A stretch of 63,851 bases of DNA, filler included, from an uncultured Methanoregulaceae archaeon (GTDB taxonomy: Archaea > Halobacteriota > Methanomicrobia > Methanomicrobiales > Methanospirillaceae): the NCBI GenBank assembly GCA_964530035.1. It is 4 parts of 4 records of this genome, joined end to end, with 100 filler letters (N's around TTAATTAATTAA, not from the genome) between each part and the next. Parts side by side here need not be neighbours in the genome. Positions count along the whole stretch, not along the records: positions 56,950 to 63,851 come from CAZGXZ010000142.1; 3 more parts are not named here. One strand, written 5' to 3'. Position 1 is the first letter of the stretch. Every line of letters begins with the position of its first letter. The notes under the pieces were generated by a model. The model saw nothing but the letters and a program-made list of their open reading frames with translations. It did not search any database and had not been told where the DNA came from. This document shows, piece after piece, positions 63,627-63,851 of the stretch. The translations under genes were made by a program, and so were the position numbers.

Positions 63627-63851
63627 TCAGGCGAGGTATTCCCGTACCGGTGCGAGGAGGTCAACAAGACACGCACCCATGGAGGTCTTCAGGTCGAGGG
63701 GGTGGATTTCCTTTCTCGCATATGCCCCTTCAATCTCTTCATAATTGAGAAAATCCCGGTTTCCACCAAATTTTTCCGGTCGCCTGACCGTTACCTGGTC
63801 TACCCGGGGAAAGATATGATATCTGAACACCTGGAGGACAGGATTTTCCTC
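63627..63851 (-). CDS. tyrS: Tyrosyl-tRNA synthetase, 3' end (runs off the window)
   Basis: Motif RPEKFGG...IHPLDLK...LAPVRE of the archaeal TyrRS C-terminus. Confidence 0.9.
   Translation of the reverse strand, partial: EENPVLQVFRYHIFPRVDQVTVRRPEKFGGNRDFLNYEEIEGAYARKEIHPLDLKTSMGACLVDLLAPVREYLA

Overview
Archaeal scaffold, most likely a hydrogenotrophic methanogen of the Methanomicrobiales. This is inferred from cofE, archaeal ribosomal and translation genes, the bacterial-type grpE-dnaK-dnaJ operon and DUF3821/S-layer-like PKD proteins. The window is four contigs joined by 100-nt N linkers containing TTAATTAATTAA (19209-19308, 38396-38495, 56850-56949), so adjacency across these is unreliable. 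Contig 1 holds a tightly coupled four-gene cell-surface operon, then cofE, ilvD, ABCE1/RLI and rqcH. Contig 2 holds a purH 5' fragment, grpE-dnaK-dnaJ, an ECF transporter and a long minus-strand informational cluster (ksgA, rpo4, rpl21e, pus10, trmY, srp54, ftsY, pfdA, rpl18a, eIF6, rpl31e, rpl39e). Contig 3 is accessory: a beta-helix surface protein, a PAS kinase, duplicated TPR genes, two pseudogenes, a pilin-LamG protein, cardiolipin synthase, two TMEM175 channels and a dispersed repeat/MITE family. Contig 4 holds moaB, cgi121, hel308, a KH-domain protein, rio1 and the tyrS 3' end. Best leads: (1) a possible modular docking system in the surface operon with hypervariable Cys-rich inserts; (2) a composite GC-rich inverted-repeat plus 94-bp MITE family; (3) an exported SOR-like domain fused to a cytochrome-b561-like domain; (4) a structurally conserved two-hairpin leader on both TPR paralogs; (5) an exact CTAAC-N5-GTTAG site upstream of grpE and a TRP-box-like array upstream of a TrpP-like transporter. 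No rRNA, tRNA, CRISPR array or transposase was seen. All family assignments come from motif recognition by eye, not database searches.
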